Below, piece by piece: positions 46,616-58,807 of a stretch of DNA of 64,000 nt. The notes beneath the pieces are model-generated. The model worked only from the letters and a program-made list of their open reading frames with translations. It did no database searches and was not told the DNA's origin. Origin of the DNA: Lophium mytilinum (taxonomy: Eukaryota); contig MU004203.1 in NCBI GenBank assembly GCA_010093605.1, positions 512,391-576,390 of the forward strand, read 5' to 3'. The translations under genes and the position numbers were made by a program. How positions within the stretch are numbered: the first letter of the stretch is position 1; the number at the start of each line of letters is the position of its first letter.

Positions 46616-48303
46616 TCAACGGATACACACCCCATCCTCGTCAAAATCGTCCAAGCCAAGCGGTTCTTCTTCGGAATCTCCTGCAACCGAATCGTCCTCG
46701 TTAGAATCTATATTTTCATCGTCGGACTGCGCTCCGTAGGATTTGTTATCATCCGAACTTTCATCGGAGTCTTCCTCTTTTGGCGGATTTAGTATCCAGT
46801 CAGAGTTTCCTTGCAGGGCTTTTCGCTGAGGCATCGCGAATTTTCCGGATGCCCTCGGATTCTCCCGAATCTTCGTTTTATAGACGTTGTAGTGGTCATG
46901 AAGAAGGACGCGATACCAGGCAGGAATGATCTCCTTTCGAATATCATTGAACGTGACCTCAGCCGCTGAAAGTCGATCCACGTCACTTGGAACGTCGAAA
47001 CAGGTGGTAAGATCTGAGTCAACTCCCTTAGTAGTACGAGGGCGACAATCGCATTCGGCTGAATCTTCACCAACGAATTCGTCTGGATCTTCATATTCCC
47101 AGCATGAGCATTCGTTGCTGTGCCCTTCTTTCACTACTTTCATTTGCACGACTGAGACATTCCAACCTTGCTCCCGAAGCTGAAAAACAACAGGTGAGAG
47201 ATTTCGAAGTTCTGGAGTGCGTGGGGTTGGCTCTACTTCCAACGTGAGGGTAATAGCCTTGCACTCTAATTCGAAGAGAGGGCTTAAGCGGAGTCTTGTT
47301 TCATCGCGCTCGATCGGCTGCTCGAAGGAAGACGACTCGAGAAAAGATTCGTAAGTGCAGAGGCGAGCACGCCTTAATTCCTTGGAAGGGCCCTCGTAAG
47401 CATTATTATCCATGGCATATTTTGCTGCATTGGCCATCCTATGATCAGATTCCACTGAGATGGAGAAGCGTCGCAAGTGACTCGATGGTAATACACCCAA
47501 TCCGAAGGGGTCTGTATGCAGATATTCGCCCAGCACTGTATACGAAGTAAATCTGAATACAACGTTGTTGTAGAATGCTTCTAGGGCCTCTCTTGCGAAA
47601 AGTCTCCCAACCCACGAGGCATACAGGTAATGCGGACGACCCATCATCTTCCTCAGATTCTGCATGCTAGGCTCGTGAAATGAGATTGTAACACAGTCCG
47701 GAAGAAGTTCTCGGTATATCATGTCGCGAACCTCACGAGGGAGAGCTGCATGCATGCTGGTTGCAAGGTCGTGGGAAGCGACGCGAGTGTAGGCGTAAGC
47801 TTGTCGTAGTAGCTTCCTATCTTCACGTAAGCGGGTGTCCATCTTGGCACGTGAAAAAGTGGCCACATACAAAGATATTGGGGCTTTCTGCTCAGAGGCT
47901 ACGCTCCTTGCAATGTCTTCGTGTCGGTCTGCTTCTTTCAAGAGCTCAGCTGCTTGATTATGAAGTTCCTGTGCCATTTCTCTCCAAGTATCCTCTCTTC
48001 GAATAGGATTAGATGCCATTGCCTGAATTGGTCGTGATCAAAGTGGTGGTCGAGAACTTACATGTTTTGCGCCATACGATACTCGTCCCTGAGTCTGAAA
48101 GTCGTCAGGCTTCACTCTTGCTTAGAAGTAATGGGACCGTACCTCTGAATCTTCTTCATTGACGACGCCATCCTCTGCTCGCGCGTTGGAGAGTGCTGGC
48201 TAGTCATCCCGACGGTGTCATCCTCTTCGAATGTCGACGCCCGTTGCCTCTTCATAGAAATCTGTGTCCCGTCATTGTAGGCCGGAGACCGCTGGTGCTT
48301 CAT
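46616..48303 (-). CDS. Hypothetical protein with coiled coil, F-box-like LPRE(V)RDMIY motif and acidic tail; exons 48303-48143, 48094-48062, 47996-46616
   Basis: Two canonical introns (GTACGG..CTGAC..CAG; GTAAGT..CTAAT..AAG) join the 48112 ORF in frame to the 467-aa ORF: MKKIQR/LRDEYRMAQNI/EDTWREM. Confidence 0.7.
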
Positions 48304-49512
48304 CCTGTTCTATTTGACGTCTGATGGTTGTTTTGTGTTAAAGTTGGAGAGATGTGAGGATGAACAGAGATGCGGACGCGCGGAGACGCGATTTATATTG
48401 GTCGAAAACGCGACGTCACGCTTCCAATTCAATTAGAACAGGGGTAGTTCTAAGTCGTTTCCCATTGGTCAGCTCCATTCACACATCAGACTTTCTGTGT
48501 TCTAGATTTTGCTCCCTTCTAGTCTGGTCACTACTGCAGGTGGCTAGATTCTGGTTCCATCAAGGCTAAAAATGGACCACTTCTGCTCTTCGAAAGGACA
48601 ACGAACGTACAGCTTCGTAGAGTAGATGGGGTCAGATCATGATATGTTTGGTTCTCTACAGCTCTGCATCTGCTCCAATCTATTCTAGGCCACCATTATA
48701 ATCGTTGTCCATTCCTAACTCTAAACACCACCCTCTCTAAGATTTGTTACACAAGATCTCCACCCTTAAATGCTAAAGAGCATCATCGCGGACGACAATT
48801 TGAGCCACTCCCCCTCCTCTCTCCCATGATCGCTTTTTGTACCTTGGACTGATCACGACCGAGGCATGGACGTCTTGGACACTACGCTTTGCTTCACCCC
48901 CTTACCCCTTTGCCGAAAGAGAAGAAGCCCAGGAGTACCGTTCTATAGCTCTGCAGGCATGGGAATTGGGGCGTTACGTCAGCGTAGCACGGGATTGACA
49001 CTGGACCAGAACTTTTAATATTTGAATGTACTTCGAATCCGTCCAGGAGAGCTTGTATGAGTGTAGTGAGAAAAAGGAGGTATACCAAGACAGCACAGAG
49101 GTGAAGGCTATGATGGGGCATTGAAGATATATTTCGACTATCCTATCATACAGCACGACGTTCGGGGGAATCTCTTTGACCATGACCATAACTCCAGACG
49201 TATGCATGAGTGTCTGTATCTCCATGCAAGTCCGCCACCTGTAACATGACTGCTTTATTAGAGATGCCGACGTCCCAGTCAATTACGAATCCTTGTAATC
49301 GTTCTCTTTGGGTATTTCTCTGGCTCCTCGAAGTATCCTTGTAGCTGCTGCAAAGCCCTTCTGTCTACGAACCTCGCCAAGATCGCCAATAGACGTGCTC
49401 AGAGAAGCCGCAACCGACACACCCATAACCATTCACTCATCCTCGGTTGTCTCACCTACGTAGATCCAGTAAGCATAAAATCAGACCTCATATCTAGGAT
49501 CGCGAGAGGAGC

Positions 49513-50739
49513 TCAACTACCCCCGCCGCTCCCTCCTTGTCCTCCACTTGCCCTACTCTTCTTCCGCGGCCCCTTCACCGCCGCCTCGCCATCATCCCGC
49601 TTCCGTTTCGGCGGCCTCGAACTCCCTCCCTTCGGCCGATAGGGCTCGTCATCCTTATTCTTCCCCCTTTTTGCGCCCGCTGCCCCTGCCTCGGGGATGT
49701 ACCCAATCTCGTCGTCCAGCGCATCTTGCTCCGTCTTCGGGCCCGGAGTGCTTGTCGACACGGCACTAGGCCGCTTCCCGCGATGCCCACCACCACCAGG
49801 TTTCGCGCTCGATTTCTCCGATGCGTTCTCGGCGTGGTGTGGGTCCTTGTCTTGCAGGAAGACCTGGGGTTGGTTCTTGCGCAGCCAGTTGTATACAGAG
49901 TCGGGGTTGCGCAGGGATAGCTCTTTGTCGGTCGGCAGCTGTGCGTGGGTGGCTAGACGGATGGGGCGGCCATCGTGGGATTGGGGATCGTAGACGGATG
50001 GATCCATGAGAGCGGCATCCGCAGCCAGCAGATATTCCTCCTCATGGTTCGGCGACAGGTATCCGGGTGCGTTCTCACCGAGGTGGAGGTCGTCGAGGCG
50101 CGCGGGGGGCTGGGAGGTGTGCGGTGTTGCTGCGGCGAGCTTGGATAGAGTGCGCGGGCCGAGGGCGAGGGTGCGCGAACTGAGGGTCGTTTCGATGCGC
50201 GCAAAGCCTTCGGGGGAGAGCTGGCCGGCAACGAGCTCTTCGCGAGCTTCGCGCAAGGCGTTTTGGATCGCGATGGGGTCCGGATCGGTGTCGGCTTCGA
50301 GGGAGGGCACGACGGATTCGCTGGGGGAGGGCGAGCGCAGGTCGAAGCGGAGGGGTCCGGGGATGCGCGCCGCGTCGTTGATGTCGAGGAGTAGGTCGAG
50401 CATTTGGCTGTAAAGAATCGTAAGTTACCTGGCAATGGGGTCTTGCGGAGAGGGAGGCGCACTCGTTCTGCTCCTGCAGCCGACGCGCCAGGGCAACAGC
50501 CTTGCACTCGTCTTTGATGAGGTTGTTGCTCAGCGTCATTTTCTCCTCAAATGCAACGCGCATTTTGCGGTATTTGCGCCTGCATTGGGTCAGTCTGGCC
50601 GTGCGCGGAGGGATGGCTGGTCGGCGCACCTGTATGATCGCTTGACGGGCGGCTTTGGTTCTGCTGCTGGTGTAGCTTCAGAGGCAGGACCCGGAGCAGC
50701 AACGGCCTGCGCCTCGAGCTGAGTCCTGATGTCGGCCAT
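49513..50739 (-). CDS. IEC3: INO80 complex subunit Iec3-like; exons 50739-50630, 50579-50463, 50407-49513
   Basis: RSYRRKYRKMRVAF...ARRLQEQNDQMLDLLLDIN; RNPDSVYNWLRKNQPQVFLQD; DDEPYRPKGGSSRPPKRKR. Confidence 0.85.
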
Positions 50740-51529
50740 GATGATGGAGGGTAGAGGTGGGGCCGGAGAAGTGGGTGTCGTGGTGAGAGTGTAGTGGTAG
50801 CTGTAGGGTTGAGGTTATGCGGCTCTGCAACAACCATGGAATTGGGGCGTGGAGGGCAGGAAAGAAGTGGTAATTTTCTTTCGAAGATTGCCTGCTGTCT
50901 ACCAGTGTTTGGAGCACTTCAACTACTCTCCCAGTAGTCCAAGATAAAGAGCATCATTACCTGCCACTTTGTGAAACTGCATTGAAGTACCCCGAGCAGC
51001 GGCATATCCGCATATATATCACTTACCGAAGTTCCTCGATGCCCTAGAGGCAAGATCACCACGCGTTCGTGCACGAGCCTACTCTGCACTCACTACTCCC
51101 CCAAAGCTCCCACATCTCTGCTGCCTCACACACCACACAACCCGAATACCAGCCGCCTCGTTAGACTCTACCACATCTTCACTCTTGCTACCCAAGTTCC
51201 CACCATCACCAGCAGTTGCCGTCCGCCAGCTCCCCCGACGCCGGACAGGCCGGAATCTTCCTGACATAGTTAGTATTCAGCTAGCCCCCCTCCATTCAAC
51301 GCTGCGCCTCTGTCCTCCGAGCGTCATCTGATATCTAAGCAGGCTCGTAAAAAGCAGTCTATTCAGAATTCGCCCGTTCCGCGACAAACTCCAACGCCGT
51401 CTCTAGGCCACTCTGGCTTCTCCGGCCACCACCGCCAACACGTCACCCCTCATCCTCAACCGCACCCACCTTACCTTCGAAGGCGACCCGCGCCCCCAGA
51501 GGCTGAGTGCAACCACCGCCGAGCGCAAG

Positions 51530-52234
51530 ATGGTCCTAGACGCAAAGAACGTGCGAAGGCGGCGGTCCAGCAGTCTGGTCTACACCGAGCCCGCCGAGTC
51601 GGAGGAGCAGATCAGCGACCAGTCCGTCCTGCCCAACCTCAATGCCAACTGGGTCAATGCGAAAGGTGCGAGCGAGTCCCTACATTACAGATCCTTATAT
51701 CCCCCAACTTGCTCCATGCGCGGAAGTTACTCCGGTGTAGTGGGAAGCAAACATGCTAATATGCCGTGACATCTAGGAGCCTGGGCCATTCACGTAGTCC
51801 TCATCATTATCGCCAAGATCCTCTTTGATATCGTCCCCAGCATGTCGCAGGAAACGTCGTGGACGCTGACCAACATTTCGTACATGTTCGGCTCCTACCT
51901 CATGTTCCACTACGTGCGCGGCGTGCCTTTCGACTTCAACGCGGGTGCCTACGACAACCTCAATATGTGGGAGCAGATGGACAACGGCGACCAGTACACC
52001 CCAGCCAAGAAGTTTCTGCTGAGTGTGCCCATACTGCTGTTCCTGATCAGCACGCACTTCACCCACTACAACTTGACATACTTTGTGATTAATTTCCTAG
52101 CCACGGTGGCTGTTGTGTTACCAAAGCTACCCGCGGTAAGTTTTGCCCGACTGTATAGAATCTAAGAATCCCAAGCTAACGATGTTCGAATTTAGGCCCA
52201 CCGGCTACGAATGGGCATCTTCAACGACCGCTGA
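51530..52234 (+). CDS. ORM1: ORMDL-family sphingolipid homeostasis protein; exons 51530-51665, 51777-52135, 52196-52234
   Basis: RRRRSSS phospho-site, NLNANWVNAKGAW, SWTLTN, FHYVRGVPF, WEQMDNGDQYTPAKKFL, PKLP. Confidence 0.95.
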
Positions 52235-52884
52235 CGAACGATAGCCCCACGCGCCCCGCCTGTCCCTATTCTATATCCCGGTCTTGGCCCTTCCGCTCTC
52301 CCTCTCCTCATTTCTTGCATTGTACGCATAGCTCATAATCAAACTCAGCCCCTACGGCACGGTGTCTTTGGAAAGCAATGGGAAGTCTCTGGCATGCTAC
52401 GGCGTTGGTAACCTGTCTATCCGTTCTCCTGAGCGCGAGCGCGTCTTGTCTGTTCTACCACCCATCAAAAAAACGGTTGCGTCATTGCAGACTAAAAAAG
52501 GTGGGTATATTGTAAGAAGGCAACTCGGGTGGGTTGAGGCTATACAAAACAGTTTCTCCTCTAACTCTCTCTGTTATTTCGTGGCTTTGCATTGCCATAC
52601 TTTTGCTTCTGCTGTTTTGGTGATTCCCCAAGAATATTAACCCCTGCCCCCAGACCATGTCTTTTATATCCCCCTTCTCTCAACCTCCACTTCGGTATCC
52701 CACTATCCTGACCCTGGCATATATCTCTCAATCTTCTCGCTCTCTCCGTTATCTCGGCCCAGCACTTGCCCAGCCCCGGCACAAGGACACCAATACCACA
52801 GCTCGCCGCGCTCCCTCATTCTCGCCTATGAACACAAGGCCCCAGAACAACAGCCCTGGGAGCATATTGAATTCTTCATAATAT

Positions 52885-53169
52885 CTACTCTAGGTAGAGC
52901 TCCAGCAACAGCAGAGCGCAGTGGTAAAACAGTACGCAAAGCAATGCCAACCTAATGCAACCTTGTATCCACCAGAGCAGAGCGAAATTGCTCGAGATGT
53001 TGAAGCGGTTCGTAATAGTGTTGTACGCGAGTGAGCAGAAGGGTATGGTGGCATCGACATTGATGGTGCCGTCCGTGTGTCGTGGTTCAACATTTCTGAA
53101 AGGAAAGGGGAAGAGGCGGGCGAGGACGCTGTCGGGGCGTTGGAAGTAGGTTAGGGTTATTTCTGTCAT
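52885..53169 (-). CDS. Small membrane protein, 94 aa (array gene A)
   Basis: ATG 53169 MTEITLTYFQRP...; hydrophobic C-terminus; N-terminus resembles gene G. Confidence 0.5.
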   Translation of the reverse strand: MTEITLTYFQRPDSVLARLFPFPFRNVEPRHTDGTINVDATIPFCSLAYNTITNRFNISSNFALLWWIQGCIRLALLCVLFYHCALLLLELYLE

Positions 53170-53662
53170 GTTGAGCTGGTGGTGGAAGATGGGAAGGATG
53201 TTGAAGGAGGATTGGAGACCGCGGAGGCTGGGGGAGGACGAGAAACTGTATATGCGTGTGGGTAACAGTGGGCGGAACCGTAGCTTCGTGGCTGTGGCTT
53301 CGGGCAGATCCGTGGATGGTTGGTTGTCTACAAAGGGCGAGCCAATAGTAAAGCGGGAACCAATCAAAAGGCAAGTCTTGAATTCATGCCGAATCAGTCT
53401 ATTATTATATCTGGCTATGCTGATTCATGATGCCAGTCGAGTCTCGATCCGTCTGAGTGGAGAAGCGTTTCTAGCTCTTCGCGACTGATTGGAGTGGTGT
53501 ACCCCCATAAGTTTCCAAAATCTAGGCGCGATGTCAAGTTCCAGGCAGTGCAAATCAGACTGCAATTCAACTGACTGCCTAGTAACTGCCTAGATTGTTC
53601 TTCTCAGTGGTGTGAAGTGAGCGAGATCGAAGCCAAACAGGACCAAGTCCGTCACCCCAACT

Positions 53663-54121
53663 CTACGTTTTATAAACTGGCGGCATATCCTCCTCGTAAA
53701 CCGGAAGCTCGCTGTCCCTCCCCTGTGAACTCGTCGCCTGTACCACTTTCTCCCTCGAACTCGTTGCTGGCGTCTCTTCACGAATCTCCTCTCTCAAATG
53801 CGCCTCCTGTGGTTGCTGTAGTACCTGTACTTGCGGCGGCGGCGGTACCTCTGTCTGCTCCAGTGCCTCCATTTGCTGAGAGAGCATTTCCACCAGCGGC
53901 CTGTTTCTGACACCGCGCTCATAGCCAAACTCGTGATACAGCTCCTGGGCTTGTCGTTTCGTTTTGGCTACTTCTTTGCGTCGGATGAGGACGCATTTCA
54001 GAAAACAGATGCAAATAACAGCCGTGGTCAAGGCGGAGAAGACGATGATGGCGATGACGCCGTCGTGCCGGCTGGTTGGGGGGCCGGTACCGCCGTAAAT
54101 AGGATGGGACGAGGTGGGCAT
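53663..54121 (-). CDS. Single-pass membrane protein, 152 aa, two C-terminal PY motifs (array gene B)
   Basis: TM VIAIIVFSALTTAVICICFLKCVLI followed by RRK; tail ends LPVY...PPVYKT. Confidence 0.7.
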   Translation of the reverse strand: MPTSSHPIYGGTGPPTSRHDGVIAIIVFSALTTAVICICFLKCVLIRRKEVAKTKRQAQELYHEFGYERGVRNRPLVEMLSQQMEALEQTEVPPPPQVQVLQQPQEAHLREEIREETPATSSREKVVQATSSQGRDSELPVYEEDMPPVYKT

Positions 54122-54798
54122 GGTGGGCTTCGGGAGGATACGTGTGGAGATAAGAATTGGTGAATGAGGGAGATGGCGAAGACGAGAGTGGTGTGTGTGG
54201 GGTGCGCTTGAGTCGAGAGTAGCAGTAGTATCTGATTCCGGCTGATGTGGTCTAGAGAGCTATCGGCGTTGTCAAAACCGTCGGCATTGGAGAACTCCAG
54301 GCGTTGCTAGGCAAGTATACATGGGCCAAGAGCAAGTGCTTTGCTAAAGTATAAACTATGCAGGTGCAACTGTAAAACAACACATATTTGTGGACTGCCA
54401 CCTGTTATTTAGGAGAGCCGAGTTGTACCGTGGTACTGCTTGGTGCTGGAACGAGTATGCGGCTATGCTCCACAGATCAATAGGATAGTAAGCAAAACTG
54501 TTTTCTATGATCCCTGCTCATTTATTTGCGGATGCCTATGTCCTTTTACTCTACTCATGAGATATAATTCCGTAGATAATGCTTGTGCGCTTGGACCCGG
54601 CGGGAACTACGTTCCCATGAGGACAGTCGACTCTGCAGAGTCCCTGCAACTTCAGCATGAATTCATCGCACAACTCGCATCGTTATAGCCTAATCGCTAG
54701 ACCTCAGCATTACTAACTATCCCAATGAAACAGGCGGGCATCGCTCACCAATGCCTCCCTTCGAACTCCTCCAAGTCCCCGAGCGTTACTCAAACTTG

Positions 54799-55362
54799 CT
54801 AGAACGGCAGCCTACTCATATTATACAACCTCTCATCCTCCTCATCTCTGTCCCGCGCATCACTATTCCCTCCCCTTAGAGCTCTCTCAACCTCCCTTTC
54901 CCTGTCCCTGCCCAATGTAACCCTCATTAACCTAACCCTCTCTACCGCATCCCCGCCCCTTACACGCGCCTCCTCCGGTGCCGCTAATTCTTCCAGCGTC
55001 ATATCATCACTCAGCCTGTTCACATCCCTCTTTCTCTTTGTGAACCCTTTCTCTACATCCAGTCCGCTCTGTTTGTGGCTTTCCCTGGCTTTGCGGCGGC
55101 GGCGTCGGCTGCACATACAATCGATGATGCAGGTTGAAATCCCAGCGAAGACGCAAAAAGCGACAATGTAGACCCAGACGGCCGATGGGGTTTTCAGCCA
55201 GGCGTAGTGGCTTGCGGTTGGCGTGACGTACTGGGCATGAGCGTCGAAGGTTGGGGTGGGAGCTGGGATGACGGTGCCCGTGAAAGTCGAATACTTGGTC
55301 TCCACGAAAGCTAGGGGAGGAGAGCCTACGCTGGAGGGGAGGGCGGGCGATACGGTCGTCAT
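54799..55362 (-). CDS. Single-pass membrane protein, 187 aa, Ser/Thr/Pro-rich ectodomain (array gene C)
   Basis: TATAAAT at 55474-55468; TM AVWVYIVAFCVFAGISTCII, then DCMCS-RRRRRK. Confidence 0.7.
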   Translation of the reverse strand: MTTVSPALPSSVGSPPLAFVETKYSTFTGTVIPAPTPTFDAHAQYVTPTASHYAWLKTPSAVWVYIVAFCVFAGISTCIIDCMCSRRRRRKARESHKQSGLDVEKGFTKRKRDVNRLSDDMTLEELAAPEEARVRGGDAVERVRLMRVTLGRDREREVERALRGGNSDARDRDEEDERLYNMSRLPF

Positions 55363-55883
55363 CTTGATGATGTGGTATGTTGGTTCAAGAGCTTGTGTTG
55401 GTAGTGGTGTGTGGGAGTTGTAAGTGTTGTTGGAGAAATAGTTTGGAATGGAGGGGAAGAGGGTGTGATTTATAGGGCTTCTGGTGAGTGTAAGAGGGTT
55501 GGAATCACCGTTCCGATGAATTGAGATGCTCGGGAACCATGGATCCGCGAGAGAGAGCACCATGTCTCAACAAATCCGTTTCCTCACACATCAGCTTTTC
55601 TCGAACCAATCGGATGGTGTGTGCATCGAATTTCAGATCTATCTTCGCTGTCTTATAGCCAGTTGATGATCCTTATCTGTGGCTGTCGTCTCGTGGTCAC
55701 GGCTAACAGAGGTGAACCTAGACCTGTCGTGGTATCATTCCAATTCCTCAAGCTACGGAATCGTCGACTCGACACCTTTCCATTCAGCGGAATCTTCAAT
55801 TTCAAGCCCACCCCTCCAGAAGTGTACCAAGTAAGAGTAACCAAAAGCATCAGCTACCGGTCTGCCTGGCCATCGCGCTAGGT

Positions 55884-56402
55884 TTAAGAAATGGACTGTC
55901 TATGCTCCCTATACGAAGGCGGACGCTCCTGCTCTCTGCTCCCCTCTTCTCCCGCCTCGGCTTCTGAAGGATCTTGCTCCATCACAAGCATCTCCTCCAA
56001 TGGCCGCGGAGCCTGCGGTACCGCAGCTAGTTCTTCCATCCTAACAGGTGAGGGAATCCCATTCCCTCCCTCGGTTTGCTCGCGCTGTCTTCTCTGCGCT
56101 CTAACCCTCCCCTGTCGCTTTACGTGTCGTACCCACACAGAGATCCCAAAGCCGCATGACACACAAGCAACAACAAGCAATACCGCGCTGGGGGCCGCGA
56201 GGGCAGCAGAAAGTAATACGACGTGTCCGGCTGCCCACGACGACTTCTGGGCCGAGATTGGAGGCGGAGGTAAAAGGGGAGGTTTGGATGCCATTGGTGG
56301 TGGGAACGAGAGGACGGGTGGTGGTGAGCTCTCGGGTGGTGGAGGATAGTATTCAGGGTTGTCCGACTCCGGAGGATAGTCGCGGGCAATTCCAATGTCC
56401 AT
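55884..56402 (-). CDS. Single-pass membrane protein, 172 aa, Pro-rich N-terminus and C-terminal PPSY (array gene D)
   Basis: TM VVLLSAALAAPSAVLLVVACVSCGFGISVWV followed by RHVKRQGRVR; tail ERPPSYREH. Confidence 0.7.
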   Translation of the reverse strand: MDIGIARDYPPESDNPEYYPPPPESSPPPVLSFPPPMASKPPLLPPPPISAQKSSWAAGHVVLLSAALAAPSAVLLVVACVSCGFGISVWVRHVKRQGRVRAQRRQREQTEGGNGIPSPVRMEELAAVPQAPRPLEEMLVMEQDPSEAEAGEEGSREQERPPSYREHRQSIS

Positions 56403-56957
56403 AGTAGTGTCTGGGAATAGTTTGACAGTGGCACGTTTCGAATCTAGTAGCTCGGTGTTGGAGATGGCTGGAGTGTGGAGGGATATGTGATGATGGATTG
56501 TGGCAGAGAGGAGAAGAGGGCGGCAAGGTAGGCGTTTAAAAAATAAAAAGGGAGGGATGGCAGTGTGCGAGGCGTTGGTGCCTTGGTTGCGAAGATGGCC
56601 ATGGGTTTCGAGAGCGTATGGGGAAGAGGTTGGCCCATGTTTCGCTCGAATGAAGGACCAAGGCGTCCATATCGAGCAACCAAGGTGCAGTTGACCTATC
56701 AAAGGCAGGTATATCAATTTCTAAGGCTACATTCCCAATTCCATATCTTCTACCCCCCATTATTTCGTTCTGGTCGTCGTTTTCTCTTCTTTTCCCACAA
56801 AGTCTACGTCTACTATTGACAGCGTTCTTTCTAGAGATTGACGCTTCCCACTCGGCGATCCAAAATATTGTTGTTGGTGCGGCAAATTATTAGAGCCTTA
56901 TTGTACTTAGCGATCTAGTCACGGAAATGTTGCTTGGGAGCGCTCAAAGCACTTGTC

Positions 56958-57281
56958 TTAGAGCGGATAAGTCGGCAAACACCTCTCCACCTCTTTCTCC
57001 TTCCTCCTCATCAAGCACTTTAGCGGAATGGTCGGAAATCCGGACTGGTGCTCATACCCCTTAGCCCTTTCCTCGTCTTTCACGCGCTTGTGAATTTTCC
57101 GGCGGCGGACACAGAAGAAGACAGCGACAGTAGCGCCGATGATGGCGATAAGGATGCTAATTAAGAGTAAAATCATCCCGGGATTGACTAGGAAGAGGAA
57201 CCTGTTGTCGGCGAGTGTCTTTTCATGGCGAACAGGTAGTTCGGGCTCGTGTAGGACGGGGAGGAAGTCTGTCCGGGCCAT
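56958..57281 (-). CDS. Single-pass membrane protein, 107 aa, C-terminal LPTY (array gene E)
   Basis: TM MILLLISILIAIIGATVAVFFCV followed by RRRKIHKR; ends CLPTYPL. Confidence 0.7.
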   Translation of the reverse strand: MARTDFLPVLHEPELPVRHEKTLADNRFLFLVNPGMILLLISILIAIIGATVAVFFCVRRRKIHKRVKDEERAKGYEHQSGFPTIPLKCLMRRKEKEVERCLPTYPL

Positions 57282-57928
57282 TTTGGCTTTCAGTGTGGGT
57301 AAGTGGTCGATTTGAGGCTGAGAGAGTCTTTGTGAGAGGATTGCACTTTTAACTGCGACTTTGCTGCTGGAGAAGTTTGAGAAATGTGTGTGTTCCAGTC
57401 TGCAGAGGGCAGCGATTCAAGATATATAAACTATCTGCGGCATCATAGCCCAACTTGGGGCTGGTATCATGATTTTCATCATGATTCGTGGCGGCTCTGA
57501 GCCTTTGGTCACCACGTATACAGAGTAGCAGAACCGTGGTTGAGTATCGTGTATTCGCTTAAAAAGCGCACATAACGGAATGGCAATGAGAAATTCAATT
57601 AAAATAGAGTAGTGAGTAGTTTCGAGGCTTTTTCGATTTTGGGTTCGATTCGACAAATCCATATTCCCTCATCGCTCCTGTTTTCTTGCTTTCTCGAAAA
57701 TCAACCTAAGCTAGCGTACGTACATCAATCATATCCAAGCAACACCTCACCCTTTTCCATTTGGTAGGCAGCGAGGACAATGTTCCGGCGTAGATTCCAA
57801 CACAGAGGCGTTTAGCCATGATTCAGCAGGTGGAAGCTTTGCGTTAATACGTGATTCGCCGGCTGGAAACGTTAGCGATGAGTTCACAGCTCAGCCGTAC
57901 TTGGGATGTTTACGCTTATTTGATGGTA

Positions 57929-58219
57929 TTATGGCTTGTATGCCGCTGGCGGAGGCGCTGCTGATCCAGCGCCCTGCAGCCCGATGGTGTTGGTTCCTTT
58001 GTCGGCTTCCTGGGTCTCTTCGTGGGCTTCTTCGATGCCTTCGGGCACTCGCTCTTCATCCTGCGTATTCTGGGAACGTACGTTTCGTAAACGACGACGA
58101 GAGCGGCTTATCGCGGTGCGGATGACGAAGATCAAGCTGCCGGTGAGGAAAAAACCGAAAATGACAGAGAGAGCGACCCCGGCGCTTTTGAGGTCGTCGA
58201 TTGCGCCGCTGAGCGTCAT
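57929..58219 (-). CDS. Single-pass membrane protein, 96 aa (array gene F)
   Basis: TM GVALSVIFGFFLTGSLIFVI followed by RTAISRSRRRLR; ends PPPAAYKP. Confidence 0.65.
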   Translation of the reverse strand: MTLSGAIDDLKSAGVALSVIFGFFLTGSLIFVIRTAISRSRRRLRNVRSQNTQDEERVPEGIEEAHEETQEADKGTNTIGLQGAGSAAPPPAAYKP

Positions 58220-58807
58220 ATTGGTATTCTGGAGGTGGTGATAGGTTGTGAGAGGTAGTCGAAAGCGTTGTAGTAAGTTTGAGCGAGGTAAGAAGGGAAG
58301 AGCGTTGAGGTAATTGAATATGATGGAGACGTGGAAGGTAAGATGTGTGGCAGATATAGAGGAAGCAGACACACTTTGAACAGCTTATGATTCTCTGACC
58401 GACGTATGCTCTAGTCGATGAAACATGGTACAGCAGCCGTACCGGATGCCACCATCCAGGTTAGCTCAGCGAACGGGCTGGGAACGTGATTCACTTCCGA
58501 ATCATCATAACCAGATTCGCGTCTTCCCATACTTCATGCCCGAGCCACACTTTCACGCCACACTGAAGCATCTCAAGCAATGGCAGGAAAGCGGCAAAGT
58601 TTAACAGAGTGCGCTACAAACTCGACTCTTCCTCAATGTCTTCTTGTCATGTAGCTCATTCGCGGAGAGGTGCCCGTGCCGTCCAAATCCAGGCTTCAAA
58701 TCCGCTGATGATCCTGTCTTCTTTCCAACACTCTTGCTTCTCCAGCGCGTCCTCAAGCTCTTCATTGTACTGCTATCCAGCTACAGTGTAAGTTGCCTGA
58801 GGTCGTG

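Noticed and set aside
48894..49282. Short minus-strand ORFs downstream of IEC3
   Set aside because: Non-ATG starts and no motifs; likely UTR or intergenic sequence.
57640..57655. GGTTCGATTC B-box-like word (also GGTTCGAAT near 16515)
   Set aside because: No A-box or cloverleaf at a suitable distance.
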